Origin: an uncultured Clostridia bacterium
GTDB lineage: Bacteria; Bacillota; Clostridia; Christensenellales; UBA1242
NCBI GenBank assembly: GCA_944381205.1
Contig: CALWKG010000002.1
Coordinates: 20,464 to 84,463, forward strand
Reading direction: 5' to 3'
DNA length: 64,000 nucleotides
Shown: positions 37,501 through 52,500 of the stretch, piece by piece
Position numbering within the stretch: position 1 is the first letter of the stretch
How the letters are laid out: each line of letters opens with the position of its first letter
Made by a program: the position numbers and the translations under genes
The notes under the pieces: generated by a model
What the model was told of the DNA's origin: nothing
The model's database searches: none
What the model saw: only the letters and a program-made list of their open reading frames with translations

Positions 37501-40500
37501 ATATTTATACGGATACATTTGATGTAAATATTGATATTGTGGAAGAAACAACTTATACACCAATACAAATAGAATTTGAAGCAAATTTTAATTACAAAGA
37601 TATTTTGGTAAGGGTTTATAGTGAGGAAAAGGGCGAACAAAGTACAATGATATCTGGATATGCTAGTTTTGACGAAGATAGAAGGGTATTTACATTGTCT
37701 AGTTACAGGTTCCCAAGTAAAACAAACCATCAAATAGACTATTTTTATGACGAAGATAGTGCTGTTTTTGTTAGTAGTGAAGCGAGCGAGAACAAGTTTA
37801 TAGTTTTTGATATTCCAGACCCAGATAAAGAAAAAATGGAATATGTAGAAGGTAGCCACTTTGTTTATTCTATTTATACAAAGTGGAAATACACATTGAC
37901 ATTTGAATCTAACGAGGGTGAGATTTATCAAAACGCGTATAGATATGTTGGGGCAACCTATACGGCAGAAGATAGTGCAAATGTTCCTCTTGATAGTATT
38001 TCGCAGGAAATTACATATACTTTGCCTTATGGTGGTGAAACTGTTGGCGACGTAGAAGGCTTAGGTTTTGTGGTAGATAAAAGGGATTTTGCTTATTGGA
38101 CAAGTGAAGATGTTTCCGAAACTAATCAACTTATAGGTGGTTATACGGTGACTATCACGAAAGACAGTACTTTTACAGCAGTATGGGAAGGAACAAATTA
38201 TTTGATAAACATTGAAGATAGAGATGGAGTTGTGGTAAATAACCTTGTTATAGAAGACATATCCTATGGCGAGGAGTATAAATTATTTGGCGGAGATAAT
38301 GCCATTGTAAACTTGGGTGAAACTAGAAGGCAGGTAACAGATGAAGGTAATCCAAATCCTTACTATAAGGAAGTTATAAGGTTTGTATACGAGTATACTG
38401 TTTTAGATGGGGAAGAAGCGGGACAAATGTACAGAACAGAACTCGCTTTGGATTCAGTTATCAATTTTGTCACAATAGAAGGTGGTGAAGTCGGTGGCTT
38501 TATTAAAGAAGAAGATTTGGAAGACGATGCCATAACAATTTATGTAGAGTGGGCGGAAGTAGAATATGACATTAGAGTAAACTTAGGGTCTGCTTCCTGG
38601 AATGTCACGCAAGGAGAAGATTTGTCCAAAGATTTTGGGGCAGAACTTAGGTTAGACAGTGCTACTAATGAATACTACATTATGTACACTACAACTTACA
38701 ACGAGGTTTCTTCAACAGGGTTTAATTTGGCTTACCTTGGTTTATCTTTACCAAGATACAGAGTTAATGGTTTTACGGGAAAAAGTGGAGATGTAGTTGT
38801 TACAAAAACGTTAGATGAGAACCAAAATTTAACGGGTTTTGTATACACTTATGAAGGGCATTGTTCGGAATTTGATAAACTTGATAAGACTCTTACAATA
38901 AATTGGGTAGAGATATTAACTTTATCTATTAATTTTAATGGTGGTAGCGCTGGGGAAGAAGTTCAAACAACATTTGTACTAGATATTAACAACGATAATG
39001 CTACTTTTGATGTTCCAGAATATAACGTAACTAGAAATAATAGTACCTTTATAGGCTATTACTTCGGGGTAGAAAATGACTATTTTAAAACAAACACCCA
39101 GTATAATCAGTATAGTGAAACTGATGGTTATGTAATAGACATTGATAGTTTGGGATTGTTTAGTGCCGGAGAGCAGGTTATAATTTCTAGACAAAATATT
39201 ATTGATTATGGTAACTCAACAGCCAATTCTATAACTATTTATGCTGTTTATAAGGCAAAGGGGCAATTTATAACTGATATCAGTGAAAACATATCAGGTT
39301 TTTATACTCCAATTAGTGAAACAATGGTTGCAAGCACAGAAAAATCATTTAGTGTGGAGTTTATAGTTGGGGTGGAAATTGGACTAGCGGACTTGGAAAA
39401 ATATCATTTTGTATTAGAAAATTCAGAAATTTATGTCCAAAGTGGTTGGGAAGAAAGCAATAGAGTTTCGGTTTCTCAAAAAATTATTAGTCAAAACTTT
39501 TCATTGTATGCAGTGTGGAAACAATCAGAAATACAAATCTACTTAAAAAATTATGATGGAAGCAATTTTGAAACGGGAGTTCTTAATTTTAGTGAATTAA
39601 GTGGGCGCACGATTAACTTAAATACAAAGTACTTAGAACTAGCAAATACGGGCAAATTACCAGAGTTATTTGGATATAATTTTGTGGGTTGGTCATCTAC
39701 TTTAAGTGGAAATTTGGTAAATAGTGCAAGTGATAAGGAAAATTTATTTGATGCTATAAATCTCTACACAATTCCTGCGACTTCCAGTAGTGTTTATGCT
39801 GTTTACGAAAAGAGTGATGTAAAAATTACTTATGAACCAAATGCGGAATCTGGTGTTGTTTATGACAAAATAACTGATAGTGGCTTAAAGTTTGGTGACA
39901 CATACATAGTCAAAGATAATATCAATTACACAAGGCGATATTTCGACCTTGCGGGTTTTGCATTGACCCCAGATTCTAGCGAAGCCATTGATGGTAGTTT
40001 GATATTAAATAATGACCTTAAACAATATTTTACAACAACGACAGAAAATGGTAGGGTGATATATTCGCTTAATTTATATGCTGTTTGGACTAGACAAGTA
40101 AAGGAAATTACTATAAATTTAAACGGCGGAACTTTCTATAATAATGGTATAGATGGTAGTTTGTCTGCTTTTTATGATGCTACGACAAGTGATAATATTC
40201 AGGCTTTGGTAATAAATTCTAGCAATGTAATTATTAGGGCTTATGTAGGAATAGAGGATACGTACAATTTACTTGTTCCAACAGGAGATTATTTTGCAAG
40301 AGATGGGTATGTCTTTGAAAAGATAATTGTAGAAGGCTCTGATGGAGAAACAGATTTAACCGGAGGAAATATTCCTTGTAGAGATACAAATTCGTTAACT
40401 ATTATTGTTAATTGGCTAGAAGTAATAAATGTTAGAATTTATGCAAATAGAAATAATAATGATGAGGAATTTATAACACTACCTATTGTGTATGGCAATA

Positions 40501-43500
40501 TTTTAGATTTTGACGCAGGTCAAAAGCAGATTTACAATTATAATACGCAAGAAACCTATGAGATAGAATTTGCAAAAGACTACTACTTGTTGTCTTCGTT
40601 TAACTCTGCGAGAAATGCAGGTGTAACATACGATGGAAATATCAATTTGACTTGGGATAGTTTTATTAACAGTAACGGTTACATTAATATTTATTGCCAG
40701 TGGCTAGGCGAAGAATATGCCATTGTTATTAATGCTAACGATAGTGAGATAGAAACTATACCAGAAACTGTTATAAATTTGGATAAAGAAAATAATGATT
40801 TTAGGTATGGTCAAAGCATTAGACTAGGTGATTATTACTCTAACACCACTAGGGCGGACGGAGATTCCGGCTATGTCTTTAAATATATTGAAGATGAATT
40901 TGGTAACCAATATGACATTGCTACTTCGGAGTTTAATCCGGAAATTTTAGGTGTGGCATTGCAGGATACTTACGTATTTAACGTGGTGTGGGATACAAGA
41001 GAATTTGAAGTTACCTACAACTTTGGCGCTGGGACTTACACTGATGAAGAAGGTATCGAACATAGTTCTATTACTCAAACGCACAAGTATAAAGAAGAAG
41101 TTCAGTTACTAGCAGTAAATGACGAAAACACAAAACACTCCGAAGATAAGGGAGAAGGTAGAGTTCATAACCTATATCACGTCAGCGGATTTACAAGCGA
41201 AAACATTGATTTGTCTGGGAATAGTTTTATAATGCCTAGTGAAGATATTACTTTAAATGTTGTTTGGGAAAGTAGCGAAATCAAGATTTTAATTGATGCT
41301 ACTGGTAGTTTGTTTGATAGTGAAAATGTTAAAGGTGAAGGACATTACGAAGGGGTTGAGATTGAAAACGTTTCTTACGAAGGGGAAAACAATACCACTT
41401 TAATTTTATCTGGATTAAAAATGGGTGATAGTGTAGATTTTGCAAAACTACCTTTACCTGTAAACGAAGGATATACCCCAGGATATTATTTCCTAAGTGG
41501 ATATGTTCCAGGGGAAGAATATGACCCAACAACTGATAGTTATCAGGTTCTTAAAGTAGATGATGTTATTGATATAAACGACAGTATATTGAGTCAAGAG
41601 ATTTTAAATTTAGACGATTATTATGATGAGCAAAGACAAGCATTCGTTTTGTATTTTTCTACATACTGGTCGGCAGATAGTTATATGATAATGTATATGC
41701 CTATGGTACCAAAGATTGAAAATGGTTATAGTGTTGATGCTAGCAGTGTTATTTCGGGTATGGAGTCTCTCTACAAACAAGTAACTTTCGGTTCAGCAAC
41801 TACACTAGCAGGACCTATGACTCTAAATGGTTGGGAACAAATAGGGTGGACATTATCACTAGATTACGAACATGCTTTTGACGACGGCAATGTGTTTTAT
41901 TATGGCAGTGAACTTGGTAACGATACAAATAATCAAGTAGATGAGATTGCAAGAGTATATGAATTTGAATTAGACGAAAATGGACAGGTTAAATTATACC
42001 CAATTTGGCAACAAAAACAGTATATGATTACGTTTAGAGATTCGGAACAAAACGATAACATTTTGGTCAATAATGTGGGATATTCAAATTACGATGTTAG
42101 TTATTTGTATGATTCCACAGATACATTAAGTAATTTGCTTAGTAAAAATAATGTTACGTTTAAAGATTATTCCTTTAAAGACGTGTATTCTATACCAACT
42201 ACTTTGAAGTACGTTTCAAGTGATGGGACAGAAATGGTAATTGACTTTGAAGATACTTTAAAATTCTGTCTTGCACCAAGTGGGTTTATTAATGGTGACG
42301 ATTTTAATAGCGACAGTGTTGTAATTGAGATTGTATATGAAGAAGTTTCGTATGAAATTAACTTTGTTTTGCAAGGGGGAATTTTAGAATACAACAGTTC
42401 TAAACTTGCAAGTAATTACGAAGAAAACACAGGCTATACCCTTGTTGGAGAAGTTTTATATTCAGATTTAGTGGAAGGGTTTAATGTGGACGACTTCTTT
42501 GATGTGCAAGAAGATTTAATTACAAAGGAAGGCGAAAACGTAATTTATACCTTTGCTGGTTGGGCTTTAAAAGATGATACTACAAAATTAGTAATATTAA
42601 AGGGTGTAGATGATTTTAAATTTGTGGTTGATGGTGATGTTGAAGAAATCTTAAAGCCGAATGAAAATGGCGAATTTGATTATGTATTTGAATTTTATGC
42701 AATTTATAACGACAAAATTGTTGTGATTGATAGTGGTGACGGCTACGTTATAAATCCTAATCAAGAAACAATTATAAACGAGCAAGTTTGGATAGCACAG
42801 GAATTTAATATTTATACTTATGCTTATCTTGGCGAGATAATCGATATTACAGTTGATTTGTATCGCCTATCTGCAAGGGAAAACTATCATGTGGCAGTTG
42901 CGACGGAAGACGAAAAATATACAGTACAAGATAATGATGAAGCAAACTATAAGTATGTTCCTTGGGAAGGCAATACAAGATATATTGTATTAGACTCGGC
43001 AACAGATGGACAAACATTGGTAGTTGACGAAGGTTTTGTAAAAGACAACTTTGAAATATTAACGCAAGATGGTAATTATTATGGGTACCTACCATCTAGT
43101 GCGAGTGAAGGTAATTATGCTTTTATTTATGATAAGATAACAGACGAGTCTAGTTTTGATTTATATGATAGTAATATTTCTTATGAAGAAGATACGCAAT
43201 TTTATCAATTACTAGATAATAGAGCATTACTTATAAAAACTAGATATGGCGAAGTTATAAACGACATTTCTAAGGTTTCGATAGAAAACATATCTCAGGA
43301 AGTCACTTTTAGGGGCTTTGGGGACGAGTATGGGGTGTATTTTAATTCTCCATTAAACGTTCGCGGTAATGATGGTGAAATTATTTATCTTAAAGCAATT
43401 TATGAAACAAATATTATAGTTTCTTTTGATTTGAATGGTGGTATTTATAATTCCAATAACTTTATAGAAGCAAGAATTTCTGCCAAAGATGAAGGTGGAA

Positions 43501-46500
43501 AGTACATTATGATACCAAGGACATCTTCTGATGCCGCAGGTATTGGACCTTATTATTGGGGATATGATTTCCTAGGTTGGTCAACATTTAAAAACTATGA
43601 AGAATATGTTGACAATGGTAGCAATCCGGATAGTTTGATTGTCCCAGAAGAAAATGAAAAAAAGCAATACATAGATGATTTGGTACAAGAAGGTACGTAC
43701 GAAATAACCTTGTATGCAATTTGGAGTCCAAGGGAAACTGATTTTATTTTTGAAAATAGAACCAGTCCTAATGATGAGATTGCTCTTACTGGAAATAATG
43801 CTGTTAAATTTACTATAACTGTAAAATACGGGGAAAGTTTTAATCTACCAACAATAGGCTATGGAGATTATGGAGAGATAATAAATAATTGGACTAGTAC
43901 AACAAATCCAAATAATGTCTTTATTGGATTTATGATGTATGATGGCAAAAATGTTGCAGTAAACTATGAACAAAATCAAGAATATATTTTAAGGAGTGAC
44001 AGGGATTTTAAGAGTTATAAGGAAGACGCCACAAGAGAAAACACTCCACAAGAAATTAGAGTTTATACAAGGTGGGCACAGCCTGATGTAACCGTTAAGA
44101 TTTACCTTGGGCAAGGTTCAACCACTACCTATAAGTATTTTGGTGATAACAATAAAATCGAAAAGAGCGGTAATTGGGTTTACTTGAAAGACTATACCTA
44201 TAATGGAGCAAATTATCCTATACCTAATTTGGACGATTTCTATTTGGAAAATAAGTACGCAAGTGCACTTTATTACAGTAGTGATTTTAGTGAAATAAAT
44301 AGAGTCCCAATTGAAAATGGTTCTTTACTTGTGGACGAAGCACATACTTCGGGCGGAGTCTTGTCACTATATATAAAGTGGGAAGATGCGGATAGTTACA
44401 TTAGAAATTTCTATGGTAATTTTAATAAGTATTTTGGGACGTTAAATAATGCTTTACTTAATGTGAGCGAAATTAGTTTAACCGAGGCCTCTTCTTTGTC
44501 TAGTTATGAAGCAGCAATAAAGGCTAGAAAGAGTGTAGAAGTCGTTTTACTTAACACAAGGTCAACTTTTGAAATTTCTCAGGAAATAAAAATAGGCGAT
44601 AGCAATGGGCAAAATGGACTTGATGTTTCAATAAGTCTAGATATTAACGATGTAAAAAGCAGTAAAACTATTACAAGAAACAACTCTTATACAGGGGTTG
44701 TGTTTAACCTTGGAAAAAATTCTAGTTTAACATTTAATTCCTTAATATCTTATAGGCTTATACTTAGCGGGAATAATTCATCTGCTGATAGTTTTATTAA
44801 AGCCAATGGTGCAGATATAGTACTTAACAATGGGGTTGAAATTACTAGAATGACAACAGATGCCAGTTTTGTTAGTGGTGAAAACATTAGCGGTGCGATA
44901 GAAATTATTGACGGTAGTATATCTTTATACGGGAACACATTAACAGATAATAGAATTATATCTAACATTGCAAAAGATGTTTATGGTGGTGTTATAAGAG
45001 CGATTAATAGTGTTGTGAACATTGATTCTTGTTCGTTTAGTGGCAATAGTGTTAACAGCAATAATTCGGCCTATGGTGGTGCAATTTCAGTTGAAAATGG
45101 CACATTAAATATTACAAATACAAATTTCTCTAATAACGTGTCGCATACACTTTCAGCAGATGAAGGTTTTGCGGGTTATGGCGGGGCGATATATGTCTTT
45201 GCTTCTACATTTAATTTGAGAATGAAAGATGGCTATTTGTTTACTCAAAATGAAGCTGAAATTGGTGGTGCTATTGCAATTTCAGGTGCGGAAGGACAAA
45301 TAGGACACGCAGAATTTGACTTGCCAATGATGAAATACAACTATGCCGTACGAAACGGTGGGGCAATATTTGTAGAATATTCGGATATTGAACTTAGAAA
45401 TGTTGACATTGAGCAGAATGGTATTTTAAATGCCAGTTCTAAGGAATATACTTTAAATGGTGGGGCTATTTATGGTGGTGTAAAATCAAATATTTTAATC
45501 ACAATTAACTTTGAAAATTTGGGCTCAGTAGAAGGCAGTAATAATATCTTTGGATATGGGCAAGGTGTAATAAGTTCTAATGTGGCATTAAATGGTGGGG
45601 CAATCTATTCAGAAGGCAGTTCGCTTAGGATAGAAGGAACTACATTTATGGGTAATAATTATAGTGAGTTAATATCCGTAGAAAGTGGTGGTAAAGGTGG
45701 TACGATTTATGCAAAAGGCAGTGAAGATGATGTAAATGAAGTCCAACTTGTCTTAACAACCATTACTTTTAGTAGGGCAATGTATGGTGGCGGTATATAT
45801 ATTGATGAAGGTGCAAATATTAGCAGTGAAACTACAAAAGAGTTGTATGACGATTTAAAGAGAAGAGAAGAGGCCTACGAAAATGGTGAAGAAGATGCTC
45901 CGATTGTACGTATTGACGATTATATAGAAATAGGCTCGGTCATAAAACAAAATAGTGCAAGATACGGTGGTGGTATTTACTACAATTCTTCAAACGAAGA
46001 GTCTTCACTTGAATTTATGTCAATAGCCTTAAATAGTGAAGACCCTTTTGCAGACAATAATAATGGTTTAGCAAGTCAAATAGGCGGTGGTGTTTATATA
46101 GCAGGTGGGCAAATATCATTTAACCAAAGCACATATATCTATCAAAATAAGGCAATTTCTGGTGGTGGTGTTTATGTTGGTGCTTCACAAGAGCAAAGTG
46201 GGGACACGGAAGGCGGAACTGATGAAGGGAATGGAGAGATAACTACTTTGGTAGAAGAAGAACCTACTATTACCGCTAAGGCAGTATTTGATGGGGTTTG
46301 GTTCTTGTATGAACTTGTGCAAGTTATTGGAAATTCAGGAAATATTGAAGAAAAATTAGATGAATTAGAAGTTTATCTAAATGGTAACCCTGTGCCTGAA
46401 TATAATTCACAAAAGAAAATAGTAGAAACTGAATTGCCTAAACTAATACAGGCTTTGGATAATCTTATCCAGTCAGAAGGAATATCAAATGAACACACAC

Positions 46501-49500
46501 AAAGGTTAAATAACATAAAAACAAATCTTCAAGGATATATGCAAAATGGTACGTATTCTAAGTTAGAAGATGAAGATTTTGAAAATGCAAGAGATTTATT
46601 AGACGAAACTCTTGAAATATTAGCCGAGATAGAAAGCCAAGAAATAGGTAGTGAAACTGCGGAAAAGGTAAGTGCTGTTAGAAGTCAAATTAATACTTAT
46701 ACTACTGAACTTATGCTACTTAAAGCATCTATATTCTATGATTCTTATAAAGAAATGTTAGAAGATGTTGGAGTTGGTGGAGATGAGTCAGTTGATAGTT
46801 ATGGTAATATTGCAAATAATGGCGGTGCTGTTTACGTAGGTAAAGGTGGTTATGCTAACTTTAAGTCTGGAAGAAACGGCGCAACCAAAATGAATGGAAA
46901 GGGCTATGGTGAACATGTTTATAACGAAGGAGTTGTTGAATACGGCGAATTCAATGCAGAAACAAGCCCTGATTCAAATGATGGGAGAGTTTATCAAATA
47001 TATAACTCCGGAACATTTGACATTTACGGCGATGGTAGAATTAAGGCTATGCCACGCGTTATGATAGAGAAAAATGAAGATGGCACAGCATACGATTATA
47101 TTACTATTTCAAACGAAACCTATGATAGTATTTATAGATTTGATATTTTATTTACAGATACGGCTTATTTAATGGGAACACCAGTTGTCTTGTTTGAAAC
47201 AGAAAGCGCATTTAATTACTATCTAGCAAGGGTTGAAACTTTACCAAGCGACTATGCTTTGTTTAATGTTGTTGACCCTACTGTTATTTTAGTTCCAGAC
47301 GAAAAACAACACGCACTTGTTCTTAGGTACCGCAGTTACGAAATAAGGTTCTATGATATCAGTGAAGATAGTGATAGCGTTATTACTCCAACGGCGAATT
47401 TATTTACTTATGACGATTATGCGACAGAAGCCCTTATTGACGAACTTAATAGTTATAATATTAAAAGAGAAGGGTATGACTTTATTGGCTGGGCGTACTA
47501 TGTCTTAGATGAAGGAGGAATCCCTTCAACCTATGATGACGATATTGCCGTAGAATATACGGGAGAAAAGGGAATAGAAGTTGCCGATTTGGTAGGAAAA
47601 GAGATTGCAGGACAAATGTTCTTCCCAATAGAAAATTTATTAGAAATTGATAATGGTATGTTTAGATTGCCGGCACACCATATTTATCTTTACGCAATGT
47701 GGAAGCCTCAAATATATACAATTTACTACGAATACGATACTGTGTATGATGGAAATACGTCAGACGGGTATAAAATACACGGAGCAAGTATAAAAGATAA
47801 TGAATTATTGCCATTATCTAGTCAGGTTCAATATAATTCTACCTATTACATAATAAACGAACAGGATATTAATAGGGTTCAACTTGTAAATTACGAAGCC
47901 ATAACCGTTGTTTCAAAAGACACGCAAACAAATATAATAACAAGAATTTCTGATAGTCTTAAAAATGAATATGATGTACATTATGATGAAGTGACTCAAA
48001 AGTATTACTACGACACAAGTATGTACAGATATTATATTGAAAGTGAAACCTCTGCATATAGGGTTTACACAACCGGAGATGAAGCATTAGATAAAAATAT
48101 GTTTATCTATGAAAATGCCCAAGATTTGTACCCTACAAGTGTAAAATTAAGTGCTGATGGCGAGCCAATAGCGGTTAAACAAGATGTTACCGGAAAATAT
48201 GTTTTAATAGATGGTGTAAGGTATGATGTTAGGGCAATGTTTAGACCGGATAATTATATCTTTGACCATATTGAGATAAGCGGTAGCAAGTACTATTCGC
48301 TTGAAGATGCTTTCCCAATTTCAAAAGATAATCCATTTGCTCTCTCTGATACTGTAAATAGAGAAGTTTACATTACTCTTTACTTTAAACGTATGAGTAT
48401 GGGTGTTTCGTTTATGTTAGATGAGAATAGTACAGAGCCAATGTTTACCCTAGACAGGTACGTAGGAGCAAATATAGTTTTGCCAGAAGATAACATAATA
48501 TCTTATGACGACGTCGAATACGTGTTCTACAAAGAAGGTTGCGTTTTGACGGGTTTTGTTGATGAAAATGGAAGCAAATATGATTTGGGTAGTACTTATG
48601 TTGTAGAAGAAACTACGTCTGGACTACATACTTTAACGGCAGTATGGCAAGATGCAACTTGTTATATTAAAGGTGCATTAAGGGATTCTTTTGGGGTTAA
48701 ATATAATAAGTACTATTTAACACTAGAAGATGCTTTGGAAGATATTAATTCGGGTAGCCTTTTTGGGCTTAGTGAGTACGAACTATACCTTATGGACACA
48801 AATAAAGAAGATACAGCAAATAGTGTATTTGAATTAAATGAAACACTTGTTGTAAATAGCAATTTACTTATTATGACAGATAATTCAAGTAATAGTGATT
48901 TTGAGATAGTTTATTCGGATAGTTTTGACGTAAATTCTCCTATGTTTAGAGTTCAAAGTGGCAAACTTACACTTGGTACTAGTAGCAGAAAAGTCACTAT
49001 TAATGGCGATAGAGAACGGGGAACAACCAGTGCTGTAATTGTTGAGAAGGACGGGACATTGCAACTATCGTCTAATAGTAGGGTTATCAATAATGTTGTG
49101 ATGGATAGTTCTACAAATTATGGTGGTGCTTTAACAGTATACGGCTATGCAAGGGTTATTGGAGCACAGTTCTACAACAACCAAAGTTATAATGGCGGTG
49201 CAATTTACATCGCAGAAAAGGGTAATGTGGTATTGGAGGCAGATACAAGTAATAACTCTGCTATACTATTTGCTCCAAACGACCAAAATTCCAGTGGACA
49301 AGGGTCTAAATTAGGTAACGTTGCAACAAATAATGGTGGTGCAATTTATGTGTCAAGTGGCGGTGCGTTAAGTGTTTCTGGAACAAAGGAAATTACTATT
49401 TCTAACGGTACAGCAACAAATAATGGTGGTGCGATTTATCTTGCAAGTGGTTTTGGAGAAGTTTCACTAAATAATATAGTTTTCAGTGAAAATTCTGCAA

Positions 49501-52500
49501 CAAATGGCGGTGCTGTTTATATTGATGGGAATTATACCTTGGATAAAAACATAGAGTTTTTAAATAACACGGCAGGTAGTGCTGGTGGAGCGGTTTATGC
49601 TACTGCTAACTTAACTGTTTCAAGCAGTGGTGTTGCGTTTAGGTCTAATAGTGCTATGAAGGGTGGCGCGATAGCAAGTTATGAATATCTATCAATTACA
49701 GATGGTCAATTTATAGGCAACCGTGCGGAAGGTGGTGAAGGTGGGGCTATCTATGCCGAAAATCAAGTATTTATTAGTGGAAATACAATAATAGGAAATT
49801 CTTCAAATGGCAATAGTGCAAACTTTGGTGGTGCAATATCAGTGCTTAATGGAAGTTTAACAATTAGTGGAGAAAATGTTAATATTTCCTATAATACTGC
49901 GTTCTTTGGTGGTGCAATTTATGCCCAAATGTCTAGTGTTTCAATAGATGAAAATACGACTATTAGTGATAACAAAACAGATACATCTTCGCAAGATGAA
50001 ACTGGACGTATTGTTGGTGGTGGTGCCGTATATTTGTCTTCATCTTCTTTATATTTAAAGGGGCAATTATCTTATAACTTTGCAGTTAATGGCGGTGCAG
50101 TTTTTGCCGAAGGTGTGTCAAATATAGTACTAGATGGTAAGGCTTCAATTTATGAAAACGAATCCACAATAAGTGGTGCAGGGTTATTTGTAAGTAACAA
50201 CAGTAGCCTTGAAATTTTATCTGATGACGTGACAATAACACAAAATATTTCTTCACAAAATGGTGGCGGAATTTTCTATTCTTCTGACGTTAACAGTGTG
50301 TTAACAAATGGTCACATTTATGGCAATGAGATAAATAGTAATGCCGAGATAGCCCAAGGAAAAGAAATTTATTTAAGCGATGGCAAAAGTTTAACACTTA
50401 ATGGGATTATCGTGGGAGAAGAAGACTCAGTAAGACCAAATGTTATTGACGAATATGATATTAATGTAATGAGCAATAGTACACTATACAATTACGGTTC
50501 TAATATTAACGGGGCAGTTTATGTAGAAGGGATTAAGGATAGTAGTAAGCGAGGAGCTTTGTTTATTCGCGGGAACGCATACATACGTGATATTTTCTTA
50601 AAGCAGTATTCATATGTGGTTGTGGAAGGGTTGTTGACTTCTAATAAGATAATCGATGAAGGACAAACCATCAATATTAATTTCTTGTACTTTATGGAAG
50701 ATGACCCATTAAAGACACCAAATGAAACAAAGATAGTTAGATTTAATAATATTAGTGAGTTAAATCAAAACTCAAAGGCCTTCTATTTGGTTAGGGAAGA
50801 AGGTTCCGCCCTAGAAGGATACTGTATCAACAATGTAATAGAAGATAATTATGCGTGGTTTGTACTTAGGGAAATTGCAAAAGTAATGTACATAGACCCA
50901 AACGGTGGGGTTATAGAACTTAATGGACAAACCGCAGGTGCAGGCGAAGAAAATGAAATTTTGGCCATTGATTTGCCAAGTTATGATTCGATGAGTTTCT
51001 TAGACGAAATTATAGGTCATAAGGTTGGTTATGAGTTGTCTAATACATTCCTTGACAGGGATAGTAAAAAATATTATACGTCAAGCGAAGCCTTACCTAT
51101 TTATATCTTAACGCTCATTGCTCAGTGGAGCCCAAAAGAGTATGAAGTACAAGTAATTAGAAATGGCGATAATGGGACAACTACCGAACAGTTTGGAATG
51201 AAATATGAAGACTCGACCAGTCTTCCAAAGGCAAGTTTAAGTTACAATACATTTGCCGGTTGGAGAGTTGGTTATATGGAAAACGGCGAACTTGTTATGT
51301 CTAAAAACGTTGTTCTTGGGGCAAATAGCAGTTTTAGCCTAAAAGATATTAGTACTAAATACGGACAAGAAGGCAAGGATATTTTCGAAAAGATTGACTC
51401 ATGGAATGGAGTTGTTTATCTTGTTAGCGAGTTTACTCCGGTTATGGTGGAAGTTATAATACATTCAAATGGCGGGGAAAGAAGTGAAATCTCTGGCGGT
51501 GAAGATGGCGATATTGTAAAAGAAGAATTTGGCGATGGGTGGAGATATCTTGTACCACAATCGCAAATGTATCTAAATTACAATGATTTTGTAGAAGATT
51601 TTACTAGACAAGATGCAACTGGCGATTATGGTTATGCTGTAAATGGACTGTTTACTGGCAATGATGGAATTTTTGAAGAAGCATACGAAATTATGTACAA
51701 CTTTGATAATCCATCTATTCCAATTTACAATATTACTTCACTGGAACTTTATTGTTCGTGGCAAAGAGTAGTGGCATATATTCGTAAAACTTTAAGTGAT
51801 GACGATGCTGGTAATAGAATAATTTACTATGATGACATTAATAAAGCGGTGAATGACCTGACTATTAATGACGAACTTGTAATAGTTGCTAGAAATATTA
51901 ATGTTTCAAAGACAATTGAATTTAAAGTAGATGCTAATGTGTTTATTAGGGGAGATGTATCTATTAATAGACAAAAGGGATTTAATGGATATTTGCTATC
52001 TATATCTTCGCAAGTTGTGTTTGTCTTAGAAGGTGATGGAAGCCTTGTTATTAATGGAAATAGCAACGAAAGAAACGATGATGAAAGTCCTAATATGAAT
52101 TATGCAGGGCTTTCTACTGACGGGGCAATAAAGATTGCATCTTCTGGAACATTAAAGTTAGACGAATTTGTAACGATAAAGAATAACTATTCTAAAACTA
52201 ATGGTGCAGGGATAAATTCTCAGGGTAATTTAGTTGTGAATGGTGCTAAATTTAATAATAATAAGACCGTCCTTAATGGTGGGGCTATTTATGCCGAAGG
52301 TGGATTAACTTTACAAAATGCAACAATTACCAATAGTTCTGCAAATGCCAACGGCGGCGCAATTTATGTTGAAAGTGGTGTAATTAGTATTGAAAATTCA
52401 ATCATATCTAATAACACTGCAAAAAATGGTGCCGGATTGTATTATAATAGTTCTATTGCTAGTACAATTTCAGGTGGGGAGTTTACAAATAACGTAACAG

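Noticed and set aside
44990-45010. A possible frameshift or internal stop splitting the giant ORF, i.e. a pseudogene or several genes.
   Set aside because: A first mis-transcription of the line at 45001 suggested a TAA. Re-reading gives ...GTT ATA AGA GCG ATT AAT AGT..., which is in frame. No stop appeared in any stretch I translated, and the track shows no closed + strand ORF in this frame.
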